From Hyaloraphidium curvatum SAG 235-1 (Eukaryota > Fungi > Monoblepharomycota): a stretch of DNA of 64,000 bases. The notes beneath the pieces are model-generated. The model had not been told where the DNA came from. It made no database searches and saw nothing but the letters and a program-made list of their open reading frames with translations. Positions 1 through 11,411 of the stretch are shown in pieces. How positions within the stretch are numbered: position 1 is the stretch's first letter; each line of letters starts with the position of its first letter. The stretch lies in NCBI GenBank assembly GCA_025558095.1, contig JAIVFI010000028.1:372001-436000 (forward strand). The letters run 5' to 3'. The translations under genes were made by a program, and so were the position numbers.

Positions 1-1341
1 GCGACCCTCTTTGGCCTCTACCTGCTCTTCACGTACTTCGACAAGGAGTACATCAACTACCTGCTCACGGCATACTTTGCCATCCTCGGCGTGGGCGCCA
101 TGGTCAAGGCCATCATGGCCGCGTCGCGGGCCGTTACCGGCTGGGAGCTGCGCGGCGACTACCGGATCGACATGTGGAAGAAGGACAAGGGCGAGTTCAT
201 TGCCGCGACCCGACGGGCTCGGAGCGGATCCTGATGCTCCCTGCCAGAGATCCTCTCGTACCACTTCTCGGTCTACCTGCTGTGCGTGATCGCCTTTGCC
301 TCGATTCTCACGGTGATCTACGTGCTGCACAAGCACTGGCTGCTGTCCAACATCTACGGGGAGGCATTCTCGACCACGGCCATCCAGCTCCTGCAGCTGG
401 ACTCGTTCTGGACTGGTATCATTCTCCTGTCGGGGCTCTTTCTCTACGACATCTTTTGGGTCTTCTTCACGCCTGTGATGGTCACCGTGGCCAAGAGCTT
501 CGATGCGCCGATCAAGGTCGTTTTCCCCAAGGATGTCGGGCAGCTGGGCCTCGCCGGTCTTTTCCGAGCGCCCCCGCGGGGTGTCCACTTCACGATGTTG
601 GGGCTGGGCGACATCGTCATCCCTGGTGGGTCCTCGCTAGCAATCGTTCCTGCTTTGGGCTCACTGCGGCGCTGTCAGGCATCTTCATTGCCCTTTGCTT
701 GCGGTTCGACCACCACATGCACCTGCAGCGGCTGAAGAAGAAGAAGAAGGATAGCCCGAAGCCGACGTGGAACTTCCCCAAGCCGTACTTCACCCACTGC
801 CTCATCAGCTACGTCCTGGGGCTCGTGACGACCGTCGTGGTCATGCACACCTTCCAAGCCGCTCAGGTGAGATCTTATTGTTCCTCCATGGGCTACAGGT
901 AGCTTACGACGTTGATACTTGCAGCCTGCGCTGCTTTACCTCTCTCCGGCGTGCATTTTGTCGGTTTTGGGGACGGCTTTTGCACGTGGCGAGGTCAAGG
1001 AGCTGTTTGCGTACTCGGAAGCTCCGGATGAGCCGACTGCCGACGGTGCTGCGTCCAACGGGAAGACGGACTCCGAGAAGGACGGTTCGCCGCCGAAAGG
1101 CACTCAAAAGATGGCGAAAGAGCAGAAGAAGCTGCCTGCAGGGGAGGGGAAGGGCAGCGCGAATGGAGAGGCCAGCTCACCTGCTGGAGGGCCGAACAAA
1201 CGCGCGAGGCGGTTGCAGGCCAAGCTTTCCCGCGAGTCGGGCGAAGTCGTCGAAACGCGGGACGTTGTTGTGGGGGACGAAGACTTTTCCGTGAAGGAAA
1301 TGGCGGCTTTTCGAGCGAGCAAGATCACCGGTGCTCGCTAA
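1..1341 (+). CDS. Signal peptide peptidase (peptidase A22B, HM13/SPP), 5'-truncated; introns 191-247 (GC-AG), 626-678, 867-924
   Basis: Spliced frame contains GLFLYDIFWVF (YD), MLGLGDIVIPG (GxGD) and QPALLYL (PAL) motifs; intron phases checked by hand. Confidence 0.93.
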
Positions 1342-1361
1342 CGAATACACCGCGGATAACC

Positions 1362-4300
1362 TCATCGTTCCCTGGACAATGCCTGCAACAGGCTCTTTGA
1401 CTGCGGCCTCCCGTTTCTCCTGTCGTCCTTCGCGACGCGCGTCTCCACAGAGGCTCCGGACCCTCTGGAAATCGCTTCCGCGCCGGGCTGTGAATCCGAG
1501 GATTTGCCGACGGTGAAGGTCCGTCCCTTGCCTCCCAAGCGGTCGTTTGTGTCCGCTTTCGCAAACTTGGACAGAGCACCGGGGCTTCTGTTCAGCAGCG
1601 AACGACTGTTCTGGATGCTATGCTGGCGACGTTTCTTTACCGCGAACCACGGCTTAGATTCCCCCTAACATGCAGTGAGAAGGAAGGAACACACCGTGGC
1701 GGAGTCCGGATGAAGGCGATCTCTGCCTTTCCGGGGTGTTTTGCGCGATCGATCGAGGATCTCGAATGCGCCCTCCTCGTCAGAAGATGCATCCTTGCGA
1801 GGTGACGCGGGACGTATTGCCAGTGACGGACGAGTGTCCACTGCTGTCGCATCCTGCGAAGCAATGCATGAGGTCACGTCAGCAGTCCCGAAAGGTCATC
1901 CAAGCACGTACCTCTTCCTTCGTCTCTCCATCTTCGTCCTCGTCAAAAAGACGCCATTGAGGGCGCTTCTTTTTCCTGGTTTTCTCGGCGTCCGATCCCG
2001 AAGAACGCGGGGCGTCCATGTCGACGTCCAGGTCCGACTCAAGTGAATTTCTGTCCGCATCCGTGCGTCGAATGCGTTTTGTTCCGTGATTGCGAGATCT
2101 TTCCGAAACGGTGTCAGCCTCCGAGCTTGCATCTTCGTCGCTGCGCTCCATGTCGTCCTCCTCGTACTGATCGTCGTCCTCGCTCTGGTGCGCGGAATCG
2201 GTCGACACAACGCCAACGGCGTCCGACTTTCTTTCTTCCCAATCCAGGAAGCCGCTTTTGTCGGCGGTATCCCCAAGAAAGGCCTTTCCGAAGGCGGCCG
2301 TCTCTGGGTTCGAAGCTGATGCGCTCGTCAGGGGCGGTCCTGGCGGATCAACGTGCATGCCTTACCCAGCTTCTCGACAACAGACATGTCGTCGCCGCGC
2401 TTCCTCTTCCCCGGACCGTATCTGCGCTGCAGGTCGTTGGCAAGGCGTATAGCCTTCAGGAGCTCGAGATCCTCGTCTTCCGAGTCATCGTCGAGGTAGC
2501 GCCCGTCGAGCCCAGTCCGTCCGCGCTTGCGCAGGTTGCCAGAAGTAACGTCCTTGAGAAGCTGGTTCACTTCCTCCTGATCCTTGGCCGCGAGCTCGGC
2601 CCGGTGCTGGCGTAGGATAGCATCCAACTCTTCCGGCGCGTGGTCTTCCGCATCCTTCCCCGTAGCGATCAAATCCGCCAGGTCCTTTCCGTCATCGTCA
2701 TCCGAGTCCTCGCCGTCCGGGCCTCCGAGCCCCTGGAATTCGTCCTCCTCCTCCTCAGCCTCATTCAGGACGAACATAGACTTGTTCTTCTTCGACTTAG
2801 GCTTGACGATCACCTCGTCATCGTCGTCTCCCGCAGCTTGCGTATCGCTTATGGGAGCTTCCGAAGCTGGACCGCTCGGAGATGCAATGCTGGATTCGCC
2901 TTCGTTGGGCTCCGAAGGGGCGTCCTCGCCAGCATCCGCGTCCGCATCCGCATCCGATCCTTCGCTCTCGCCGCTGCTTTCTTCGCCAGTTTCTTCTGCG
3001 GAGCCTTCCGAAAGGCCTTCCTCATCCTGCGAGTCCACGTCGGCACCGGACCCGCCGTCAGATGCAGCGTCCTCATCTCCCCCGTCATCGCGATCGCTGC
3101 GGTCTTCGGCAAACATGTCCGTTTCAGAGCCCGGCTCCCCAGATTTGCCGCTTTTGTGCAGTGTTGCAGCCGGCTTAACCGGATCTGCGGCCTTCGGGCC
3201 GGCAAAGAAGGACCTGATGTCATTGCCCTTCTTGCCCAGTGCCCTCGCGGCTTCCAGCTTGGCCTTTTCCCGCTGTGCTGCCTTGGCCTTGAGCTCCTTC
3301 GCCGTCTCCCGTTTGGTGTCCAAGCGTGCGTTCAAGTCCGAAACAACGGCAGGCTGCGCGAGGTAGTCGAGGTCCGCGTACGCAGGAGGAACGACAGCGT
3401 CTGGCGGTTGCACGGGATCCACCGGCAGAGAATCTTCCGCAGAGTACGACAGCTCTATGTGAATGGGTGCTGCAGAGTCTTGCGATTCGGCGCTTTTCGG
3501 CACCAAGCCGGGCCGTGTGACGATGGTAAGCTGTAACGGATACGAATGCAGTCACACCCAGACCGCCCGAAACAACGAATGGGCTTACTTCGGGTCTGTC
3601 TTTTGCTGCTCCGCTGTAGCCTTTTTGCTGGATGGCAGGCGAGTCCATCTGGCTCTCTTGGAAGAGCTGGCTGAAGCCCACTTTATGCCGCGGATCGACG
3701 CCACGGGGCGGCGCCGCAGAGGCGCCAACATCTGTCGGCACCTGCGAGTCAGCGAACAGCTGACTGAAGCCAACTTTATGTCTCGAGTCAATGGCGCCTG
3801 CTGGCGGGGCAGAATTGGCGGGAAGCGATGCTTGCGAATCTTTGAAAAGCTGGCTGAAGCCGATGACATGGCCAGGATCGACCCCGGCTGGCGAAAGGCC
3901 CCCGATCGACGCTTGAGAGTCCGCAAAGAGTTGGCTGAAGCCAATCTTGTGTTGGGGATCCACCTGCATAGATGATCCCTCCTGCACGACCTCGGCGGCC
4001 TTTGGCGAAAGAGCTCGTCAGCAACGGGAGGCATATGAGCGACGCAAGACTCACCGCAGGGCTGCGATCGGTCATTCCTTCATCATCCCCGCTCCCGTCG
4101 GAATCGAGTCCGGGGAAAGGATAGAGGAGGCTGTTGGATTCAGGGGGTGGCTGATAAGCGGCTTGCAAGACCTTGGAAGACATGCTGGCAGGGAATCCCG
4201 CGCGGCGAAACGGATCGGTGTCTTCTTCCGAGTCTGAGGCTGGCTGCACGCGATCCGCGGCGGGCTTGGCAAGTTCCGGGGATGCCACAAGGATGGATGC

Positions 4301-6239
4301 AACCCGAGATGGCGATCGAGCAGTACGCGCAGGCGAAGGCCGCCCGGAGTCCGCCCGAACGGTACGGACGGGCGACGCAGACGCCGCCCTACGTTTGCGA
4401 TGCAACTTGCGCTTGCCACGCCGCTCCGACTCGGGCAGACCAGCGTTGACAATGTCCTCGTCCCCGCTGTCCAGGTCGGAATCCCGCTTTTCCGACTGAG
4501 CGTCACCTTCTCCCTTCTCTGGTGGTGTTTCTGCGGCTGGCTCCGCCCCCTGTGCAGGCCTCTGCCCCTTCTTCCCGCTCTTCATCCCCAGTCTGTCGTC
4601 CGCCTTTTCCTGGGCACGCTTTGCCGCAAGGACCTGCTCCTTCTGCTTCTTGTACTGTTCCTTCTGGCGCAGAGCGTGGAGTTCGGCCTGCTTGGCGAGC
4701 TCGGCATTCCTCTTCGCCTTCAGGGAGCTGACAGCATCCACGCGCTTTGCCGCTGGGCGGGAAGCCGGAGCTCGAGGTCTTGCGGGAAGCGGATCGTCGT
4801 CGTCGAGCTCAATGACGGCCGCTTTTGCTAGTGCCGGCTTGTGTGGCATCGGCACGACGCCTCCAGGTCCATCGGTTCCCGACTTGACGCCGTCAGCAAG
4901 ATCGTCGACGGTTGGTGCGCCATTCGAGGGGGCTGACTCGACGGCGGGCGCTGCTTGTCTAAGCAAGGGACCGTTTAGCCCGTAGTCCGCATCGCGCAAT
5001 GTCCTTCAAGGGCTCACTTGTCTTTCGGTTTCCCTGCACCGAAACGGCTGAGAAAGTCCCTCATGTTGAGCTGCCTTGCAACAGTCATCTCCAGGCTGAC
5101 CACGCCGGTGCGCTTCAGCCTGTCGGACTCGCGGTGGAGCTCCTTGAGCTCTTTTTGGTTCAGTTTCTGGGAACAGCACAGATGAGCAGAGACGGGCGGC
5201 AGGGAAAACGACTGCGCACCTTGAGCCTGCGATGCTTCCCCTTCCTGGCACCATCATCCGAGCCTGATCCTGCATCTGCATCCGAAGCGGAGCCCGCCTT
5301 GCCCTCGCCTCCTTCGCCGGGGACCTGCGAATCGTCGGGGATCTCCGGGATGGGGGCATCATCCTCCAGGCCCATGGCCTCGCGCTTCCGGCGGTCGTTC
5401 TCCGCATCCCTCCGGATCTCTTCCTCGAGCTCTTCCTGGTCGGAGAAGTGGAGCTCCAGGTCCATGTTGGGGTCGAGGGGCTGGCTGGGCATCATCTGGC
5501 TCGAGCCGAGGTCTGCTTCCGGATCGGCGGGAGGGTTCTCGTCCTTGGGAGAACCGGCGTCACCCGCGTCCGATTCGGAGGGCAAGGCCGCGGGAAGGGC
5601 CTTCTTGATCGCAACCGGGGAGGCCTCCGAGGAGGAAGATCCGAGAATGCGCTTCCGCCGTTTCTTCTTCCCCTTCGACGACGCGTCCTTTGCGGCTGCG
5701 CTCGACTCCGACTCTGCCGAGGCGTCGTCAGCCTGTTCCTTCGGGGACGGCGATTTCATCTTGGGCGACCGGCGCTTGCGGTCCACCTCTGGGCTTTCAG
5801 AGGGGGAGCTCATCGAGGGCGGCTTTGGTACGCGGGCTGGCGACGGATCCGCGGGTCTGGCCTCCGTTTCCGACGGCATGGTATCGTCCACGTCCATTCG
5901 GTCCATTCGGACTGGGGGTCCGGGGGCGGTCGGGCTGTCGTGGGGCGACGGACCGTTGTTCTCGGCCGGTTCGCTCAAAGCGTCCTCGGAGCCGTCTGCG
6001 GCGGATCTCGGCGCGTCTCCGTCCAGCAGATCGAGCAGCGAGTCTGCCGACACGTCGTGCAGCGCGGCATCTGCGCGGACGCGCGTCGGGGGCTCGCGGG
6101 CGGCGGGCGGTTCCTCGGGCCGGCCTCCCTCGCCGCGTGCGGGCTCGCGCTTGCGCCCGTACGTTTTGGCGGACCGCTTGGCCGCGACGGGATCGCCGGG
6201 CACTTCAGCCGCGTCGCCGTGCGGGTCAACCGTCAGCAT
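1362..6239 (-). CDS. MRC1: Mrc1/claspin-like replication checkpoint mediator, multi-exon
   Basis: MRC1-like domain FVLNEAEEEEDEFQGLGG...DQEEVNQLLKDVTSGNLRKR...DDSEDED (ORF 2328-3506); long acidic/low-complexity exons; SQ-rich repeats. ATG at 6239; inferred last exon ends ...ALSRER* at 1362. Confidence 0.8.
3655..3965 (-). repeat. Four tandem coding repeats of (V/I)D(P/S)xHx(I/V)GFSQLFx(D/E)SQ within Mrc1
   Basis: VDPQHKIGFSQLFADSQ, VDPGHVIGFSQLFKDSQ, IDSRHKVGFSQLFADSQ, VDPRHKVGFSQLFQESQ in ORF 3220-3987. Confidence 0.9.
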
Positions 6240-6383
6240 TGTGGACGGGCGCGACTTGATTCGGGCTTGATTTGAACGAGCTGGGGTCAACGGCTCGAGT
6301 GCGATCGGCCTATAAAATCGCAAACCAATTCGGGACAACCGTCCCGCACCGGTCACTCGTCAAACACCTGCTCGGAGCGAAAG
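6240..6383. promoter_or_regulatory. Putative bidirectional promoter between MRC1 and the MDC1-like gene
   Basis: 144 bp between divergent ATGs; TATAAAA 6311-6317, CCAAT 6325-6329, TTTGAA 6271-6276. Confidence 0.55.
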
Positions 6384-9300
6384 ATGCCCGCGAAAGCGGC
6401 GCCGGAAGCCCCGTCGGACAGCGAGGAAAGTGTCGCGAGCCTTGCATCGGCCCGCGAGCAGCCGTACGACGACCCCGCCCCGCGCACCGAGCCCCGCACG
6501 GCGTCGGCGGGCCCGTCCCCCAATGCCTCGGCAAGCCGCAGCTCGGCCCCACGCGGCGCACCCACGCAGCACGCCTCCGGGGCCACCTTTCCGGCGTCGG
6601 CAAAGCGCGGCCCCGTCGTCGCCAGGCTGCACATCTTCGGCCCCGAGCGGACCGAGGTCGTCAACATACACCCGGGAATCACCGTTCTCGGGAGGACGGA
6701 CGGGCCTGCGCAGATCTCCCTTCCCGGCGACTGCGTGTCGATGAACCACGCCAAGCTAGGTGGGTCCCGCCCGCCGTGCGGCCCGCCGGACCACTGACTC
6801 CAGTTTTCATATTAGACGTCTCCCGCAACGGGCTGTACCACTTCATCACGGACACGTCGTCCAACGGCACCTGGTTTTCGCGCTTCCTCAAGGGCAGGGA
6901 GATCACGACGAGGCTCCTGCATTCGAGCAAGGACGACCAGGGCACGCAGTACAAGTACCAGATCTTTGACGGCGAGAACCTCAAGTTCGCCAACGTGGCC
7001 ACGCGCTACGAGATCCTGGAGCCGTGGAGGTCGAGCATGGGCGTTGGCCTGCTCTACGCCGCGGAGGAAGAGGAGGACGTCATGGTAGGGCCCGAGCGCA
7101 CCAAGGGTCGAGATCTGGGTTTCCTCACGCTCTCTGTCCAGCAGACCGCTCCGCTTTCCGCCACGAAGCTCGTCGATGACTCGCAGGAAGGCCGCGCTGC
7201 CCCTCCGGCGCAGCAGCGGAACTCCGTCGGAGCCAGCGCCGGCGCGAAGCTCGGGAGCGTGCAAGTGCCCGACAGCATCGTCGGCAGGCACGAGGCCGAC
7301 TCGGTCGAACACGCTGCGGGGTCCAACCCCGTGGTGTACCTCGCTGGGGAAGAGGAAGTCGACGCCGACCTGCTGGCCGAGGACCGCCGCGACGCGTCGC
7401 CCGTGCACAGCTCGAGCGAGATTGCTCTACCCAACGGCGGCTCGCTCGAAAATCCCGGCTCGCTCGAAAACGTCGGCGGGGTTGCTCCTAGCGTCGATGG
7501 TGCCGCTCCCATGGATGTCGAGCAGGAGGATCCCCTCCCCTCCAGCCAGCCGCACGACCAGGACCTGTCGCCGCCGGGCGCGCAATCCGCACTTGACCCT
7601 GAGCTGGTGCAGATCCAGGCCGGACCCCAGCAGGAGGCGCCAGAGGCGTTTCCCTCCATGGTGCCCGCGGAGAAGAACGCTCTCGAGCGCATGTTCGAGG
7701 ACGATGCCCCTTCGGACCAGCCCGCTGAGCAGCCGATCGCAAGCCCGCCCGAGGAGTCACACAGGGTGGCAGCGGCGGATGAGCGGGCCGCTGCGAGCGA
7801 TGCTGTGGGGCAGGGCAAGCAGCCCGCTGCGCAAAACCGCGAGGCGCCCATGGACTTGGCCGAAGAGGTCGATGCCGCGCTTCCCCCCGAGTCTTTTCCG
7901 CCTTCGTCGCCGCCCAAAGCTACCCGCAAGCAGAAGAAGAAAAAGACAGTGGTCGAGTCCTCCGACGATGAGCCGCCGGCTGCGCAGGCCAAGGAAGCGC
8001 CTATGGAGATTGTCGAGGAGCATGCCGCGGCACTTCAGCCGATCGAATCGCCCCCCTCGTCGCCTCCGAGGCAGACTCGCAAGCCGAAGAAGAAGGCAAC
8101 GGCATCGGAGGCAAAGACCGAGCGCAAGGGCGGGAAGGCCAGGGTACCCGCCGGCGCAGATGCTGAAGGCGAGGTCGACGAGATCACGGCCCCTGCCACG
8201 GAATCGGGACCCTCGAGGGCTGTTTCGGAGGAACCTGCCGAAGGCGTGGCCCCAGTAGTCAAGGGCAAATCCGTGCAGAAGAGCAGCGCCAAGGGCAAGA
8301 AGGTTGCGGAGATTCCGCGGGTGGAGGCGCCCGACCTGAGCTCGGAACAAGACGAGCTGAGCGCGGCGATACCCGCGCCGCTCGTGCGACCGCTCGGAGT
8401 CAAGACCGGAGCTGCCGAGCCCGTCAACGCCGCGGAGCCGCGGTCGGATGCTTCCGACGAGCTCGACTTTGGCAAGAAGCGCAAGAACGCGAGACCGTCG
8501 ACCACCTATGCGGGAAAGCAGAAGCAGAGGACGTCCCCGCGCAAGCCAGCAAAGGGAAGGAGCACCGAAGCGCAGGCAGCGGCCACGAGTGTCGGCAGCA
8601 GCAGCCCTGTGCACGACGAACCGCCACTGGCGGGCGACAAGGCCGAGAAGCCAGCTAAGCGGTGAGCGGAATCCCGCCGTGCCGATGTTTTCCGCTGATG
8701 TCGTGTTCCAGGCTCAAGAAGGCCGCTGCAGCCGAGCCCTCGCCGGCCAAACCAAAGGATGAGAACGTGGTGGTCGCTCCGAACCTGGAAGGGCGGTCGC
8801 TTCCCAAGGTCATGTTCACCGGCATCGAGGACGGCGGGCAGCCCAAGGTCGTGGACGATCTGGGCGGCGAGGTCGTCGAGAGCTGGCGCGAGTGCACGCA
8901 CGTGGTGACGGAAAGCAAGGTCAAGCGCACGGTCAAGTTCCTCTGCGCGCTCGCGACGGGCAAGCAGATCGTGAGCACCTCGTGGCTCGAAGCGTGCAAG
9001 CGTGCCAGCACCTTTGTCGGTGGGTGGCAGTGGTTGAAGCGATCTGGGTTGGTGTGACTCAGCGCAACGTTCCTCTCTACCGTAGACGAGTCCAAGTTTG
9101 TCATTCGCGACAAGGATGCGGAGAAGAAGTGGGGCTTTTCGCTCATCGACTCGATCAAGATGGCGAGGAACAGCCGCGTCCTCGCCGGCAAGTCCTTCTA
9201 CGTCACGGCGCACAACTTGGCGCTGAAGCTCACGGATCTCAAGGAAATCATCGAAGCTGCCGGCGGCAAGGTGATTGCCCGTTCTCTCGTTGCGTGAACC

Positions 9301-9567
9301 CGCCTGACCCGTCGTGCGGAACAGGTCCTCGACGACATCCCCGACCTCGAGATGGAGGACAAGAGCAGCACCTTCATTCTCGGTTGCCAGGACGACGAAG
9401 CGTTCTGCAAGGAGCTGCTGAAACAGGGATTCCCGGTGCAGACCAACGAGTTTGTGCTCACCGGGATCCTGCGGCAGCGGCTGGAGCGGGACGAGTTCAA
9501 GCTCGACACGTCCCGCGGCCCGGAGGCGGACCAGGTCAGCCCGAAAGGAAGCAAGCGCAAGCGGTGA
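6384..9567 (+). CDS. MDC1-like DNA damage mediator: N-terminal FHA domain, long disordered linker, C-terminal tandem BRCT
   Basis: FHA signature VLGR...VSMNHA...SSNGTW; BRCT pair PKVMFTG...THVVT...KRTVKFLCAL...SWLEAC...EKKWGFSL...VLTGILRQ closely matches the MDC1 BRCT pattern. Confidence 0.85.
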
Positions 9568-9661
9568 TTTGAGGGACGGGGGTTGGGGTGCGGACAGGTA
9601 TCATCTTCCAACTGTGTCGGAATTATCTTGTTCTTTTCGAACCATGAATGTAACATCCACT

Positions 9662-10953
9662 TCACCGCGACATCTCCTTGACCTTCCACTTGGGCGTGAT
9701 GACGTAGGGGTTTGCGCCCCGCGGCCGAGTCCGCTGACCCTGGAGTCCCGAAAGCGTTAGCATGCTCCCGATTGCTGAACCAACGGAGCGAAACCCACCC
9801 TCTTCATCTTGCCCCACGGGCTGACGCCCTGTCTGTTGCCCTTCTTGTTGCGCATGCCGCCGAGCGGGTGGTCGTTGGGGTTCATCGCCACACCGCGCAC
9901 CTTTGGCCGGCGGCCGCGGTGGTAGCTGTTGCCGGCCTTGCCCAGGTTGACGCTCCGGTACTCGCTGTTGCCGACCTTTCCGATGGTCGCGCTGGCCTTT
10001 TTCGAGATCCGACGCACCTCGCCCGAGGTGAGCCGGACCTGGGCCCAGTCCCCGGAGATGCCGACCAGCTGTCCGAAGGTGCCCGCCGCGCGGCAGAGCT
10101 GCGCCGGCCCGCCCTCCTCGAAGCCGATCGCGTGGATGATGGTGCCCACGGGGATGTCCTCCATGCGCATGCAGTTTCCGGGCTGCACCATGGTCGCCTT
10201 GGACATCCGCGCCGCCTCGGCGCCGGGCGAGTCCTCCGTCGAGGTCATGCGGCTCAGGGCGTGCGGCGGCACCGACACGAACGACTGCACCACGGTGCCG
10301 GGCTTGAGGCCCTCGCACGCGAGGATGTACGAGAGTTCGTTGGTGGCCAGGCTGCGCACCAGGGCCAGCGTGCCCGAGCGGTACGGGTCCAGCTCCAGGC
10401 GCACGACGACGTGCGGGCCCGGCGTCGCGCGGACCCAGTCCACGAATCGCAGCGTGCGCTTGCCGCCGCCGCCTCGACCGCGCACGGTGACGCGGCCGGT
10501 GTTGTTGCGGCCGCCCTTGTAGGCCTTTTTGATTGTCAGGCGCGGCACGGGATCGCCCTGCCAGTGGTCCAGCAGCGCCAGCAGCTTCATGTTGCGCAGG
10601 CCGTTTGTCAGCGGCTTGTAGACCTTGAACCTGTCGACGACCCTGTAGTAGCGCGTCTCGAGCGGAATGTGCTGCGTGACGGGCAGGCCGGTGACCTTGT
10701 CCCACGACGTGGGCACGGGCTTGCGGTCGCGCGCGCGGATGATGCGCTTGGGGCCCTTGCGCTTGGCCAGCCGCGCGGCCTGGCGCAGCGCCTGGCGCGC
10801 GCTCGCCGCCGGGCGCGCGGTGGTCGCGGTGGCGGCGGGCCGCGCGAAGATGGGCTTTAGGGCGCCCACGGTGCCGAGAACGGACCGCATCGCGGCTGCG
10901 GGGACCGCGAACGCCGCGAGTGCCGGCCGCAGCGGCAGCAGAAGGCCGCGCAT
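9662..10953 (-). CDS. RML2: Mitochondrial large-subunit ribosomal protein uL2m
   Basis: GGRNNTGRVTVRGRGGGGKR, LELDPYRSG, CRAAGT, GRRPKVRGVAMNPNDHPLGG; Arg/Ala-rich presequence; one 3' intron. Confidence 0.93.
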
Positions 10954-11411
10954 CGACGCGTTTGTGGGGTGAGGACGACCGCTGATCGGTCCGCTGACGT
11001 GTTTGGTCGCGTCGCGGCGGCGCGGCTGTTCCCCGCTTGATTGCTGGACCTCCGGGACCCCGTGGCCAACTCGGTGCCACCGCCGACCGCGTCGCGCCGT
11101 GAATTCGGCGCCTCTGCTCGTGGGCTCCGCCCGCTCCCGCCGCGGCGCCCCGCCAACCGCCGCTTCGCAGCACGTGACCCCCGCGGGCCCACCGGGGCCC
11201 CGTTGCGCTGCACGCCCTCCCGACCCCCGCGACCCGGCCTCCCTCCCCGGCGCACGCAGAGCACACAGAGTACGCACAGGAGCCAGCCCGCCCAGCATGG
11301 AGTCCGCCACCCTCGCCTAGATGTGCGAACGACGATCCGCACGCGCCGCGCGATATCGCGTCGCAGCGCTCGCCGCTCGCCCTCGCAACGCACCCGCGCC
11401 CCGACAGCCCC

